From Carcharhinus amblyrhynchos (taxonomy: Eukaryota), in assembly GCA_965287045.1 (NCBI GenBank), contig OZ336877.1, positions 53,816,001 to 53,880,000 of the forward strand: a stretch of DNA of 64,000 bases, in the 5' to 3' direction. The position numbers and the translations under genes were made by a program. This document shows positions 25,531 through 40,058 of the stretch, in pieces; position 1 is the stretch's first letter; every line of letters begins with the position of its first letter. Below the pieces are notes generated by a model. It made no database searches, was not told the DNA's origin, and saw only the letters and a list, made by a program, of their open reading frames with translations.

Positions 25531-25979
25531 ATTAAAGTAAGGATAAGGTGCCAAAGATAAATTTATTTGCTGCAAGTCTTCTTTCTAAATACCTTTTTAG
25601 CTTATAATTAAAGTCCTAAGCTGCTGAGGATAGAACTCCAGCTATGTGGAAAAGAAGCTTGTTTTTAATTTCTTATCTTTTACACTTTGCCATAGAATGA
25701 ACATGGTTTCCACTAAATGATTCAGAGAGGGGCTTGGTTGTGGTGTGTCCTAGACTAACAGAATAAATAAAATCTGGAATAGAAAGTGAGGCTGGGATTT
25801 TGTCAACAGCACACCATTCCTGATGCTATAACCAGAATTGTGTGCCACTTGCACTTTTACTTTTTTCTGTTTCCCACATGATTACAATTAAAATTCAAGT
25901 GCCAGCAATGTGCATGCAAAACAGATTTGATTTAGCAGCAGGTGAAACCACCGTCAACTGACAAAACTGCATCTATATA

Positions 25980-26280
25980 GGGCAGCACTGTGGCACAGTG
26001 GTTAGCATTGTTGCCTCACAGTCCCAGGGGACCAGGTTCAATTCTGACCTTGAGTGACAGTCTCTGTGGAGTTTGCACATTTTCCTTGTGTCTGTGGGGG
26101 TTTCTCTGGGTGCTTCGGTTTCTTCCCACAGTCCAATGATGTGCAGGTTAGATGGACTACCCATGGTAAAAATGTTACAGGAATAGGGCAGGGGAGAGGG
26201 CCTATGTAAGATACTCTGTCAGAGAGTCAGTGCAGACTTGAGCTGAATTGTGTCTTTCTGCACCGTAGGTATTCAATGAT
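25980..26280 (+). mobile_element. HE1/V-SINE-type SINE
   Basis: A-box gtggcacagtgg, B-box ggttcaatt, V-domain and CR1-type tail. Confidence 0.88.
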
Positions 26281-27019
26281 ACAGGCACTATATTAAAGAG
26301 CTAGCTGGTCAAACAGGGTGTCTCCACAGCCACAACCACAACCTTCCTGACCAACTCCGTTGCCATTAACGTAAGAGCACAAAGATGGCACGGGTGTTTG
26401 CCAAGATTAAATTTTACTTAAAAACGTTTCACATTACATTGGTTTCACTTTATTCAGCATTATTTGTTGAGACTGGCTTAGAGAGCTAAATGTACTGGCA
26501 TGCCTCACATTGGCACACATTGATGTTTACTGGGGAGTTGGGGACTTTTTCTTTATTGTGGAAGAAACTGTGCTATGTTTTTTTAATTCACTCTTTATTA
26601 AATGTTCATGTTAATGTCCATTGTTGTACTCCACTCTGTAGGACTCTTGCAAGCTCAGCTGGCCCTCTCTATCATTGTAAAGGACATTGAGATAATTGAA
26701 ATATTGTAAGTGAACTCAATGCCCTGTAAGGAGTCTGCCTGGCAACATCCTGAGATTGAACAGTACTGATACCACCCTTTAAGCCCCTTATTTTCTTAAC
26801 TCCCCCCCCACCACACCGTGCACCCTCCCACATCACCACCACCACCACCACCCAAAACAGTCCTCCCAAGACATTCAATACACCACATGTGAAGGCAAAG
26901 CTCTGTCTTCACAGAAGATATCTTGCATCACGTGTGGCTCAAAACTAGGAATCCGTGATGTGCTGTGGGCCACCAGCAGCATCACAATTGTATTCCGACT
27001 CAATCCATAATCCCATAGT

Positions 27020-27335
27020 TTAGAATCATAGAGATGTTGCAGCACAGAAGAAGGGCATTCAGCCTATTGTGTCCACGCTGGCTCTGCTAAGGGATAATTC
27101 ATGTATTTCCACTCTCCTGTTCTCTCCCCAAATCCCTGCATATTCCTCTTTTTCAGATATTTAGAAAATGTAGAAAAGTCAATGGCACAAAAGGAACCAC
27201 TCTGCCATTGGGTCTGCACCAGCTAAAATAAACAGCCACTCTGCCTAATCCCATTTTCCAGCATTTTATCTGTAGCTCTGGACTCCAGATGCATATCCAA
27301 ACACCTTTTTAAATGAGTTGCAGGTTTTTGCCTCT
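27020..27335 (-). mobile_element. Two adjacent old CR1-type 3' ends
   Basis: tagaatcatagag...gcagcacagaagaagggcattcagcc and atggcacaaaaggaacca are both reverses of CR1/HE1 tails. Confidence 0.55.
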
Positions 27336-27579
27336 TATACTGTTTGTACATATATCTATTTATACATGGCTTGTCAGATCCCTTACTCCACCATTTCAAT
27401 CAAGCCTAGTTCATTTAGGAGTCTAGAAGGACACGCCTGGAGCAGCATCAGGCACACAGAAAAGTGGGGTACTCACTTAATAAAGTTATAACACAGGACG
27501 ACATGGATCTAAACAGTGGCAAGAGTGTGTGCTATTGGCCAATAGTTTAGGCTCCAAGATCTCATAGCCTTGGTCCAAA

Positions 27580-28705
27580 TAAGGGAAAAGGAAATTAATT
27601 AATTTAAAGATGTGGGTGATTGGTCTTAACATAAATCTACATTTGACTGCATGTGGCATTAAGGAACCTGAGTCTAATTGAATTTAAGAGGAATCTAGGG
27701 AAAATTCTTCACTGATAGAGTCATAACTAGCACAAAGGAGGTGGATGTTATTGGAGGTTAATCATCTCAGCTCCAGGACATAGCTACAAGAGTTCCTCGG
27801 GCAGGGTCCTGAGCCCAACCATCTTCAGCTGCTTTATTAATGACAGAAAGTCAGAAGTAGGAATGTTCAGAGATGATTGCTCTATTCACAACTCCCAAGT
27901 TAATACAGTAGTCCATGCCCACATGCAGCCAAACTGGGACATGACTCAGACTGAGGCTGATACATTGCAATTGTCAGGCAATAACCATCTACAAGAAATA
28001 ATTGACATTCATTTGCATCATAACAGCCGAATCCCTCACTATTAATATCCTTAGGTCAATCGCCTTTGACCAGAAACTTAACTAGACCAGTCACACAAAT
28101 AATATGAGCCATAAAGGCAAATCAGAGGCTGGAAATTCTGTGGTGAGTGAGTCACCTGACTCCCCAAAGCCTTTGAACCATCTGCAAGGCACAAGTCAGG
28201 ACTGTGAGGGAATGCTTTCCACATGCCTATATGGGTGCCTTCCAACAGCACAAAAAAGCTCAAAACCATCTTGAACAAAGTAGCCACTATAATTGACATC
28301 CCATCCACTACCTTAAATATTCAGTCCCTCCACTATTGGTGTACAGTGACAACGGTGTATACTATCTACGAGATACTCTGCAGGAAGTCTCCAATATGCC
28401 TTCAATAGAATGTTCCAAACCCATTACCATACCACCTAAAAGAACAAGGGCAGTAGACGCATGAGAAAATCACCATCTCTTAACTGCAGATGATGTGAGT
28501 TGGAGCTGTACCATCATTCCTTCACTGTCATGAGTCAAACTCTTGGAGCCCCCCCCACCCCATCAATGCTGTGGGTGTAGTACACTATATAGACTGCAGC
28601 AGTCCCACGAGGCAGCTCACCACCACATTCTCAAAGGTAAGTAGGGATGGGCAATAAATGCTGACTTTGCCAGTGATGCTCACATCTCATAAATGAACAA
28701 CAAAA
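27580..28705 (+). mobile_element. Decayed non-LTR retrotransposon RT and 3' end (clade uncertain)
   Basis: Remnant motifs FDCMWH, VPRAG..PTIFSCFIND and MFRDDC. The 3' end gggatgggcaataaatgctg..ttgccagtgatgctcacatc also occurs as isolated tails at ~12606-12670 (-), ~47095-47160 and ~61460. Confidence 0.75.
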
Positions 28706-29281
28706 TATATGTTTACCTCTCAAATTGCATGTTAAAATGGGAATGTATATGAAATGATCCTAAAATAAATTCACTATGGAAATGCAGAAATGAAAAAATG
28801 CTTATGTGAACTGGAACAATTATGCTGATCCTCATAAAAGTTTATGATTATCAGTTTGTCAACTGCATGGCACATGATGTTCTGGATTCAGGTAAAATCA
28901 GCAAATTGCTGCTCTGTAAAATAGTTGCGGTGACGGGAAACTCTGCGTCATGCCCTCTATCAAGTTGGAGCCAGGCTCTTGTATGTTGCTTGACAGTGAC
29001 AGAAGGCTGTTTGGCAGGTTAGCCAATTACCCAGCATCTTGTTGTGCATACCAATCAATGGTCTCATGTATGCCACCCCATTAAGTTCCTCATCTGAGTC
29101 CTCCACAGCAGAACTCGTCTGCGATCTGGTCCTCCATGTAGCTGACAAATTAACTGTCCCCAATCCACCCCAAGGGCAATCAGTCACAGCACCTAACTTC
29201 CATGGGAGCAGCCTGCTAAACGGCTGGAGGGCAGGTTAGCTAGCCAATTGGCAGCCATCGGGAACAGAGTTAGGATTGTTA

Positions 29282-29586
29282 GGGCATCACGTTAACACAG
29301 TGGTTAGCACTACTGCCTTACCATGCCAGGGACCTGGGTTCAATTCCCAGCTTGGATAGCTGCCTATGTGGGGTCTGCACATTCTCCCTGTGTCTGCATG
29401 GATTTCCTCCCACACTCCAAAGATGTATAGGTGAGGTGGATTGGCCATGATAATTTGCCCATTAGTGTCAGGGAGATTAGCAAGGTGAATATGTTGGGCT
29501 ACAGGGATAAGGCCTGGGTGGGATTGTTGTCAGTGAAGGCTTGATGGGCTGAATGGCCTCCTTCTGCACCACAGGGATTCTATGAC
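29282..29586 (+). mobile_element. HE1/V-SINE-type SINE
   Basis: acacagtggttagcactactgcct..gggttcaattccc, a partial V-domain and tail gggctgaatggcctccttctgcac..gggattctatga. Confidence 0.85.
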
Positions 29587-29589
29587 TAA

Positions 29590-31190
29590 AAATGAGCAGG
29601 CCAGATTTAAGGCAACCATTACTGTGTCTGCCATTTTGGAGATTTTCTTGCTGTCTTTAACATGGAGCAGAAAAGGCAGAGGGCTGGAACTAGGGGGGAC
29701 GGGGGGCTGCCCCCCCTTAATGCAGACTTAGAGGTGCTCCTTAAGGTAGCGAGGGAAAGGAAGGAGATCCACTTTCTGGAAGGTGGTGCGAGAAGGCCAA
29801 CCTTAGAGACCAAGCAACGTGGATTGGGACGGGGACAGCAGACAACACGTGGTTCAGTGGAACTTGGTCTAATGCAAGAAGAAATTCAATGATCTTATTG
29901 ATGCTGGCAATGTCAGACCTTCAGATCAGACTTCTGGGTATTGAACCTCCAGTAGACAAACCAGCTGAGGATCCTGAGAGTGCATGCTGCTCCTGAATAT
30001 GGGAGGAATGTGAGGCCAGGGCACTTACTGAACCCTCAGTAAGGTTCATAGCCATAGTGATGTTGAGGACATACCAACGTTGATACTGGCACTGTTCATA
30101 GAAGCCAGAACTATCCGAACTCACTCACTGCTTTGCCCTTGTAGGAGAAATGGGTTCAACGTCCATAAAAAGATCCCGTCTGAACCTTTTTCACATCAGC
30201 ACCACCATAGAAGAGGGAACCATGGAGATCACCAGCATTGCTGACAAACAAGTCAGTAAAGGCAAAATGAATAGAAATGGGAATGCATTGATTAAAGAAG
30301 TTCATTGTACTCTACCCCATCCAATAGCGTATCAGAGGCTAGTGTTCTGATCTCAAAGACTCATTCTCCTAGGCTCTTGTAGTGTTTTCTGGGGTTCTGA
30401 CATCAATGTGTGAAAGACTTATTCTTGTACCATCGCTGAGTCAAGCACTGCCAAATACCTCACAACATGCAGCATCACACGCTTACAAGTACACCCTGCA
30501 GCAGCCCAGGTACAGTCAACATTGTAGGTCCTGTGCATATGTATTGGTAGAGTGGAATTGAGTACTCCGCATGTTATAAGTGTAGAGGTGACAGATGCAG
30601 CTGTGATCTGCCCCCCTCTGAGAATTGAGGACAGACACAATTTTGCTCAGTTGGGTACAGATAAAAGACCTCAGAAGTTAGAGGAATGAGGTCCTACCTA
30701 CACCAGCAGCACCCACATGTCAAGAGTCCCCAAAGGTAGTGTGCAGTCATAGGTTGAGAATAGAGGAGTCTATCCAGCTTGTATGCACTACCATGGCTCA
30801 GGGCTTTGAGTGCATAGGCTGCTCCATAGAGAAAGTGGACAACCTCATGGAGCTCCATATGTGTTAGCACAGGAAATGCAGTCCTCTTCACAGAATGAAT
30901 GCACACTATGAAGCTAATACTGCTCAGTGGCACTGATGGCACAGAGATGTTTGAAAGATAATAGCAGTTGTGACGCAGCTGATGTTCCCAGCCAGCCAAC
31001 TGAAACACCATCAAAGGGCTGAGGCTGTCACTAATGGGAACGGGGGTGCCAGTCCTCATGAGGCATCATCATTATCTACCTTGACTGTACTGAACGGGGA
31101 GTCTCTGAGATCCTGCCACTGGCACCTGCACAACAAGGACGACTGCTGTATGCACCTCAGCTGTAAGCTGGGACAAGTTATATATTTTCT
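29590..31190 (+). mobile_element. PIF/Harbinger-type Myb/SANT gene relic
   Basis: 29662 onward reads MEQKRQR...LNADLEVLLKVARERKEIHF..GARRP..ETKQ, then after a frameshift W*CKKKFNDL, with an acceptor ttgtag|GAGAAA (EK) at ~30145. This matches the Myb-like protein encoded by Harbingers. Confidence 0.65.
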
Positions 31191-31690
31191 TTGGTGATAC
31201 TGATTGTTTTCATTCTTTTAGCCATTTTATGTCTTGATTTTCTACTATTCTTGGGATACATTTCGTTTTCTATCAGGAAGATAGATGCAAAATACTTGTT
31301 CAGAGTCTCTGCCATTTCCGTATTTCCAATTAATTTCCCAGTCTTATACTCTTGGGAATCGATGCATACTGTTTGGTTTTTTAATATTCCTTACTCTCCT
31401 ATTCTAATTTCTCCTGTATTTTCTTCTTAGTCATCCTTTGCTGGTTCTAAAAATGTCCTCAATCTTCAGACAACTACTAATCCTTGTACATCTTTGTGCA
31501 ACATTGTACACCTTTTCTTTAAATTTGATGCCATCCTTAACCTTCTTAACGAATCAAATATTGTGTATCCTTCTTATAAAGTCTTTCTTTTTCAGTGAAA
31601 TGTATTTCGATGAATCTTTGTTGAGAGTTTGGAAATATCTCCTTAAATATCTGCCACTATCTTCCAGCTACATTCTCAGTCCACTGTAGC
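31190..31690 (-). mobile_element. Decayed CR1 ORF2 middle fragment
   Basis: aaatacttgttcagagtctctgccatttcc is the reverse of EMAETLNKYF, homologous to DMAKVLNNFF of the young CR1. Confidence 0.7.
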
Positions 31691-34689
31691 CTCATTCCCA
31701 AGGTCTCTTATTCTCTTATGCTATCTTAGCGCTAACTGATGCCAACCATAACATCCCACACCTCATTGCCTTAGTACCTCATTAACTTAGTACCAACATA
31801 TGCCAATCCATGCCAGCCACCCTTTACTCTTACACCCTTCATGCCAACTCATCCAGTGTCCACCATGGGCAAACCTTAGGTTATGCTGAGATTAAATAAA
31901 ATTCTATATGTAATATATACTTCCTCCAGGTACCATGTCCCAAGAGCCTGTTGCTGCCTAATATGAAATTCACCACATTTTAAAAAAAGTATCGTAGATG
32001 AAAGCCCATCCAGTATATTTAAATCCATTCAAGTATGTAAACACTTGCTAAAAAAAATTGTATTAATAGTCCTACAAGAAAAACAGCTAATTCCACAATG
32101 ACCTCTTAGAATTGTCAACAAAACTGTGAACATAGTGCTGCTGTCATAATGCTGGGTTGTGGAAGCAGTCAAACAGCAATAACATATTGATGAAGTTCCA
32201 GCTTATGTCAACAAAGAGCTATTGTAATTGCAAGCTGATTTTTTTTCTCTCAGAACTGCAGCAGACTTTTTTTTAAAAGTTAAAGAGCAAATGATTGAAA
32301 TAACTTGACAGTCCCACAGTTCTTATCTACCTTTATTGCACATTCATATCTACTTCTAAAAATTGTAAGGAACATAGCAGGAAATGGGCCTCGTATCAAC
32401 AAAAATTAGGCCTGTTTGACTTCAGCACTTGGGTCAAATGGCCCTGCTGCATTTCTATTTCCCCCATGGTGAAAATAAGATCTGCTGGAAATGGGGCATG
32501 TTTTCAGGATTCAGAATACTGCCACCATTTTAGCTAGGGATGAATTTGCAAAAATCTGGGTCTGGGTGAGATTTATGTTAATTTTTTTTTAATTGTTAAA
32601 AATGAATATGATAGCAAATCTGAAGAAAATTATCTTTATTAAAATACCTGCCTTTCCCTCACCTGCAGTATTTTTATGTTGTTTTCAGAAATATTCATTA
32701 TTCTTTAAGTCTGGAACTCTGACATCCCTAGTGAATGTAATCTTGCAATTTATCTTTCACAATATAAATTCAAAATAAGTTGCATACTATACTTTTGATT
32801 TTGTTTGCATTGCATTTTCCAGATTATTATTGCCATTTTTTATGATTATTAATGATAGTTTATTTACAAATTCATCTGTACCATTCATCTGTAGTACAGT
32901 GATAATAAAATACAAAATAATTTGACTTGAAAAGCAATACATCAATAGTTTCCTATAGTTATAGTAAAAGAAATGCGATATTCAGAGATTTTTCTTTCAT
33001 TTCAGAAGCCTTAATATATTTTTGAGTGTTTTAAGCTTGAGTGCTGAACTTTACATTGTACTGTAAAAGTACCTCAAAATGATGCTGTGTATTTTGAAGA
33101 ATAATGGGGTATATCTAATTTCACAAAATTTTCTGAGTAACTAAAAATGGGCTTTAATTATTTTGACACTGAAATCACCAACCGTTAGCAAAAATTTAAT
33201 ACAAAAGCAATCTGTGTCTCAGAGTTACAGCAGAAATCAATCCACATGTAATTTGAATTTATGTCTGCATCCTGAACTGCATAGTTTCTACTTGATTGCG
33301 GTTATTTTTCAGTTCATTTTTCCTGATACTTGTATAACTAGATCAGAGAATTTTCACCACAAATTTCATTCAGTGCAAATCAAGTTTGTATTGTCTTAAA
33401 AGCATTATGCTATAAGCTAGCCCTTTCCATAAAATTAGTTATGCCCCAGGGCGAAATAATCATCACTGGGAGTTCCTTTGTAAGCCTTCGAGGAGATTCC
33501 AAAAATTAAGTTGTAACCTTTTGGGCATGGGGCCACTCATAAGTACATTTTGAAAGGTAGGAATTTTTTTTAAGAAAGGAATTGACCAGATACTTCTGCA
33601 TACTTTTAAACAAGTTATTTTCAGTAACTTAAAATTCGGATACTCATAAGTGATAAATTAACACTGTCATTTAAAAGGGATATTTTGTGTAACAAACCTA
33701 TTTTCAGATCTATTAATCAAACTTAATTAAGTTACCATTCTTAAATAGATCAAGGATTATTTTTAAAGCAGCATTTTTGAAAATAATGTTTTGAAGCATT
33801 GCCTGTATGCATTGGTTCACAACAGATGTTTCTGTTTGATGAAATGCAAATGAGTTTGGGCAGAAATATGGTGAAAAGACACTTTTCAAAATGGGCTCAA
33901 TTTGCCTTGCAATCACTAATTACTGGTTTGCAAAATCTCTACCTAAAAGTGTTCTATTTCTAAGTCTAAATTTGGATCCAAATATAATTTATAATTAAGC
34001 TGAACCAACTCCCATTCTTTAGTCACAGTGATAACACTTTTTCTACTTTAAGAAGAATCCCAATGTTAGTCAACCACTGATGTCAAACTGACTTGTTAAG
34101 TAAGTAACATTCAGTTGCAGTGTTTGAAAATGTAGTACATTGGCTGTGTGTTATATTTTTAAGGCTGATTTGGGAAACTTCCGTGAGATATTAAAAAAAA
34201 AGTTGTTAGTTAGTTGTACTTAGCATGGATTATTTTCTGTCCATTACCAGTTGCATGTTTTTTGAACATGGCCAATTTATCTTAGATCATCAAAGCCTAG
34301 AAAAATAAAGCTCAGTGGTAAAGAATTTCCTGTTTGACATTTGCAATGAAATTATAATTGTGCATGTACAGTTTTGCTGCAAATAGTGAGGAAAGTAAAT
34401 ATTCTCCAGTGTATTTTTAATCCATTCTTGTTTTACACAGAAGTGTGTAGCTTATTTCTGCCTTTGAAGACAAAAATACAAGTTTTTATTAAAAAGCAAT
34501 AATTGTAACAAATTTAGTAGTTGGAGTTTAAAGCATTGATAACTTGTGGAGCTTTCTGTTAGATCATTTGCTTTTGAAATGTCTTATTTTTAAACTCAAA
34601 AATTATTAAAAGAAAAATGAAATATATAAGTACTTCATGAGTGGTATTGAAATAGCTAAGGATAGCTTTGAAAGGTGTCTGGGAATTTT

Positions 34690-35250
34690 AATAAACTTAC
34701 TGTTCAACATGTCGAGCAAGTGCAGAGCTGCAATAGAAGAATCAAATAAATTGCTGAAACATATAGCAGGAGCAATACAGTACAAGTGAGAGACAGTCAT
34801 ACTCAACCTGTATAATGTTCTATCACACCTTAAGCACCCAATCAAGTTTTGGTCATGGAAACATAAAGTTAAGAGGAAAGGCACAAGGCTGATCCTTGAA
34901 GTTTTAAACTGAGTTATTAGAAATTTGGAGAAATGCATTTTAATCTTGAAAGGCAACCAAGTATTGACTTTAAAGGTATATAACATAATGAAAGATAGGT
35001 TCAGAACACTAAGTCAAAGAAGTAGGACATCAGTTCAGACTTAAATGGTAAATTTAGAATTTATGCCATAAAATTATGTTATGCACGCAAATTAGCAATA
35101 CATAGAGTGATCTTCTGGTTAGAGTTGTTGAGGGAAACATTCTGAAATCATTTGATAAACATTTGGATCTTATGATGGGAGGACTGGAGGGTCTTTCTGA
35201 ATGAATAAATTAGCAAAGGTTGAATGACCTTCCTCATCTATGCTTATCTT
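34690..35250 (+). mobile_element. Very old CR1 3' fragment
   Basis: Degenerate IAGAIQYK..VILNLYNVL..P and KF.S.KHK, followed by a decayed tail. Confidence 0.55.
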
Positions 35251-37489
35251 GTAACTTCATGCCCCCTCCTCTCCCTTCCCCATCCTAAACAACTGATTGG
35301 GCTTGAGTAAGTATGTTTCCTGTTATCCAATAGGGATCAACACTGACCCTCACCATGGACAGCTCTCTGGCCCAGAATACCCCAATTCAACATCCCCAAT
35401 GTAGGAGGAAAGTATGGAGGTAACGAAGCTGTGAAAGATGATTAAAAATAGAGGTAAATGTTTTATAAAACATTATTTTGACATGATAGGAGCTTTTTCT
35501 GTCTTGTAATTTGATCAGATTATAATATTAAACAGTAGTAATGAGCAGGTTTACTGTATGCTCTTATTTACTACAACACAGATAAAGGAAATTGTCCCAA
35601 GTTGTGTTCCAATCTTTTAAAATATAAAAAGTGAGGCAGTTAAAAATTGATCAAACAGAAGAGTTATTTATGATTTACTTCCAGATTAAAAATCAAAAGC
35701 TTAAGACAGAGTATCATTATCATAACTGTTTGACTGAATTTCAGTTTGCCAGAAGAAGATTCTTTCAATTTGGGTAAAATGAAGGTGCTCATGTGACCTG
35801 TTCTGAAGTCTGCCTGACAACAGCCCTGGGTGACATGGCTGTCAAGGATTAATGAGTGACCTAGTTATTATGCTGGAAAGAAAATGCAAGGTGTGCACAT
35901 TTGGAGTCAATGGCAGAAGCATCTCTGTTTACAGTAGTTAGATTGTAAGTCCCAAAGAGGTGTTGAGAATGTTGAGTTATAAACAGTTATGCTTTAACTG
36001 ATAAAAAAAGAGTAAGGGTCTGAAGAATAACTAATGGCATTTCACCTGGATTTAAGGCTTATGTGATTCTTGTTGCCATGGAGGTGGGATTTGAGAGGGG
36101 AAGAGCTTCTAAGATATCCTTGGAGACTCACAGACACAGTTAGTCTATCAGGATTCAAGAGAGATGGAGCAGCTCAAGGCTGAAAGTTTCTGTGGTTCAC
36201 CATACAAGAATGCAGGTAAACTCACATTTGAATTCATGGGGATTTGAAACATGTCTGGAAGATTTGACAGCTTGTGCTACAGGAGAATCTTCAGGAAAAC
36301 CCCTCACATGAAAGATAGTTTGGGGGTTAAAAGTTACCAGGCTAGGAAAGGAAAAGAATTGAATTAAGCAGAGCTAAGAATCACTTTGGACTGGTTTGTC
36401 TACTTAAGGGACTGTGTAGAGTGTCCCTGTGAAATGGGATTTTTAGTTGTGATAAAAGTAAAAAGGGGAAAGTTCTGTAATTTAAAACATAACAATAGTG
36501 TTTAGTCAATTTTTTAATTGTTCCAGTGAAAGTGATAAAAAGTGAAATTGTCATGTTACCCTTTCAGTTGCCAACTGAAAGTTCAAATTTCTTATTTTTA
36601 AAGTTATTAGTCTTTACAGTGATCATGACAATTGAGAAATGGAGAGAGAACCCGCCAAATAGTGTCCTCTCCAATGTTGCAGTCAAACCTTCTACTGATT
36701 CCAAAAGTGCATGCAGATTGAGATATCCAAACAATTTTTCAACCATTATACTGAAAGAAAACACAGTACCTATCTGCCTACATAAATAATGGTCCCTAGA
36801 GATGTTAAGGTGCAATTAAAGAACCCAATAATCACATATATAGCAACATTTGAAGTCTATCTCTGAACCTTCTCTGGGCATTATATTTTTCATTTATCTT
36901 GGTTTCTTTCCTGTTTCCACTTTGTTGGTGAGGGAATTTTGGACCATGGCGTTTTGATTGTGTCTTTTTTTGGCAATTATGAAATTTGGTGCATTGGGTA
37001 CCCAAATAGAAATTGTTATTTTATTCCTATTTTTTGCTGGCAAGGCAGGCTTGTACAGCGGTGAACAGCTCCCACCTGCTAGTACCTATCCTTGCACATT
37101 TAAAGGCAAGGTTACACTTATCTTGTAATGACCATGCATAACTAACTAAATGAATCTTGTGTCAGAAAATACAGAGCCATGTCATTGGCAGTTGCAGATG
37201 CCATGTACCGAGGGGATGGCATATTAGTGGCAGTAACTATCAACGGGCACCCTGAACTCATCTTCCTTTATCTTGTTACAAGTGTGTTACAATATTCTAT
37301 AAGGAGGTAGCTCTGGAATGGCAATTAGACATCACTTTCATTTTATTTTGCACTACTTCCACTTCACTGGTGATCTGACAGGTTTGAGAGTTGTCACATG
37401 GCCTTAGGGGTGGTTCCTGTAACAGCATTTATTGTGCCAGTATTGGGTTGTGCTTGCCAATTTTGTTACTTGAAAAGCTTTTGTAAGTT

Positions 37490-37815
37490 TCTGTCTTACT
37501 CTTGTTTTGCCCTTGCTTTTGCTTTCAAAAGGCAATGTGCATCATTCTGCCATTCACACCTCCCCTGGACATATATTTTGTTTCTTGTCCTTTTCTTTGG
37601 TCCTGCACCCCAGGTCACGTGTCATATAATCTCTCCTGCCTGTAACTCCAATCATCGAATCATCTCTTTTGTTTTTCCACTACCACTCCCCACCTGTTTA
37701 AAGCCTGTTACATTTTAACTTTTTTTCAATTCTGATGCTGCCTGAATTGCTGAATCCTTTGAGCACTTTTTTTTATTACAGATTGCCAGCATTTGCACTA
37801 TTTTGGCTCTGTATT
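37490..37815 (+). mobile_element. Penelope-like 3' / terminal repeat fragment
   Basis: Pyrimidine-rich body ending ttctgatgctgcctgaattgctga...cagattgccagcatttgcactattttg, as in the other copies. The hammerhead portion is deleted. Confidence 0.55.
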
Positions 37816-40058
37816 AATATTGCATTTGCAAAAGCCAGATAGGGTCGTTACATTTCAATTTCATTATCCCTTTAAATTCACCCATTGTTCCTTATATGAT
37901 GGATAGGTAATTGACTTACTGAGAAATCTTCATGGTTGCAGGTGCCAAATTGTAATGACAATACAAATTAAACAAGTAACCTTAATGCACGACCGAGTAA
38001 TAGACAATCATGAAAGTAAAATAACCATAAATAATGCAATAGGTTGCAAATACAGGCTTCTTTCTTTATTTTACAGAATTGAAATTAAAGGTCTATAGTA
38101 CTTTGCATTTTTATTAAATCCGTACATTATATATTACCATTGAATTCTCAATCAATTATATACTAGTTATAAGCTTTAGAAAGCCGGGGATTATTCAACA
38201 GCGGTTCTTTCATAACTATTAAACACTGAATATGTCAATTTGCGATGTTTGAGAGGATGTAGCATGTGAAGTCTTTAATTTGTCCCCTGAAGCATTCCAT
38301 GAATTTAGTAATCCTATTTGAGATCATTTTGAATCTAGATTCTTCATAGTTGAATGCATGCTTGTTGTGAAATCTCAGCAGCAGTATAAGGGCTCTTGAC
38401 AAATGATTAACTCCCCACACCCTCCCCAACCCCACAAGTGACAGACCTGATATATGCCTGGAGCTTGCCCAGGATATTTAAATCAAGCTAACCTTACAAG
38501 ACCAGAGGAGGCCAGTGTGCTAAAATATTCAGCCAGCTATTAATAATGCATGGGTTGTATAATACCTACTTGGAAAATTGACACCAGTATATTAGATGTG
38601 TTGATAAATGGCTTTATGCGGGTGGAATAACAGCAACAGATACTGACAGATTTGGAATTAGTGGTCTTGCTATGGTGGCAATGATAAAATAAAGGAATGC
38701 ATTGGAAGATGCTACTGTATGGTTCAGAAAAAATATACTTTTCTTCTAACTTGGACCCATTTCCATAAAAGATATTACTAATTAACAACATTGGTAACAT
38801 AATGTGAAATTAATTGAATGTCCAATAACTAACAAGAAATGTCACTGTGCTTCTTTAAATATGAATTTATTCCAGCAAAATGTCAATTTGTGGAGCTGAA
38901 AACTATTCATTGGGACAGCCCACTGTTAAAAACATATCAATCTTTTAACTGATGATGGTTAAAGATAGCTGGCCTGGGGTGCATCTAGTTTCTGCTATTA
39001 GACGACAAACAATTACTGTCAAGTCTTATAAATTGTTTCACATTATGTAACTAGTTGGGACCCTATGAAGAGTACTTGTATCAAACACATGTCTTTTTGA
39101 CATGATGATTGGGTAATATATCACTTACAAATGTGTAGTCCTTTATCCTTCCCTAATGATCTAATAAGAAATGCTTTTAAATTGTGGATATTTTTCACAC
39201 TCTCCTTGGGACATTCCACAGGGGGGTGACCACTAAAAATGTCTGATGGACATGATGTTAGTCTGCATCCTACTGAGATTAGTAAAATACTAAATTTAAT
39301 GGTCCCACACACATCAAGGAACTCCAGCATTGCAGGAAATGGCTTAACGTTTAGGTTTTTTTGGAATCTTGTTTTTAGAATTGGGAGCAGAACATACTCC
39401 TAGATCTCTGTTAGCAACCAAATGTATGCATCTGGCTTGATCCTTTTTAATAATAGCCTCTTTTCAAATTTAGAATCTCTATACAAAAGAGCAAAATGAA
39501 TCCTGACCATTGATACTTGCTTGGCTTTTCTCTGGCATCTGAAACGCAGTTTCCCATATTTAATGTGGTCCTTCAGCCCAAATCCCAGCAAATGTGCTGC
39601 AGCAATAGATCAAATGACTGCCTCCAAGTAAAAATTATAACATCTTGCTCATTCCATGAAATATAGACTTCACAGAGGCTGATGTCACAATGTTTCAGTC
39701 ATCCCTGAATAGACAAATGATTTTGCCTTGGAACTGAAGAATAGTCAGTGCATCACCTTGGTTCAAGAAGGGAGAGCAGAAAATGGGTGTAACCAAGTAT
39801 CAGTACTGAATTCACTTTTCTGTAGTGTGTATATAGATTTTTTTAGATTTGTGAAGCACAATCTCAAAATGTGGGTGCTAATGACGCAAAAGTTAGAGGG
39901 CTTTCGTAAACTGCACGGACAACTAAAAGAACTTGCAAGAATGTAGTCAGGTCACTGAAATGGGCAGTAAATGCATTGTCATCGCAGGAAGCGTAGTAAT
40001 ATAATTCAAAGGGAGAAACAATGTATTAGAGTATACATTCATAGAATCATAGAACCCT

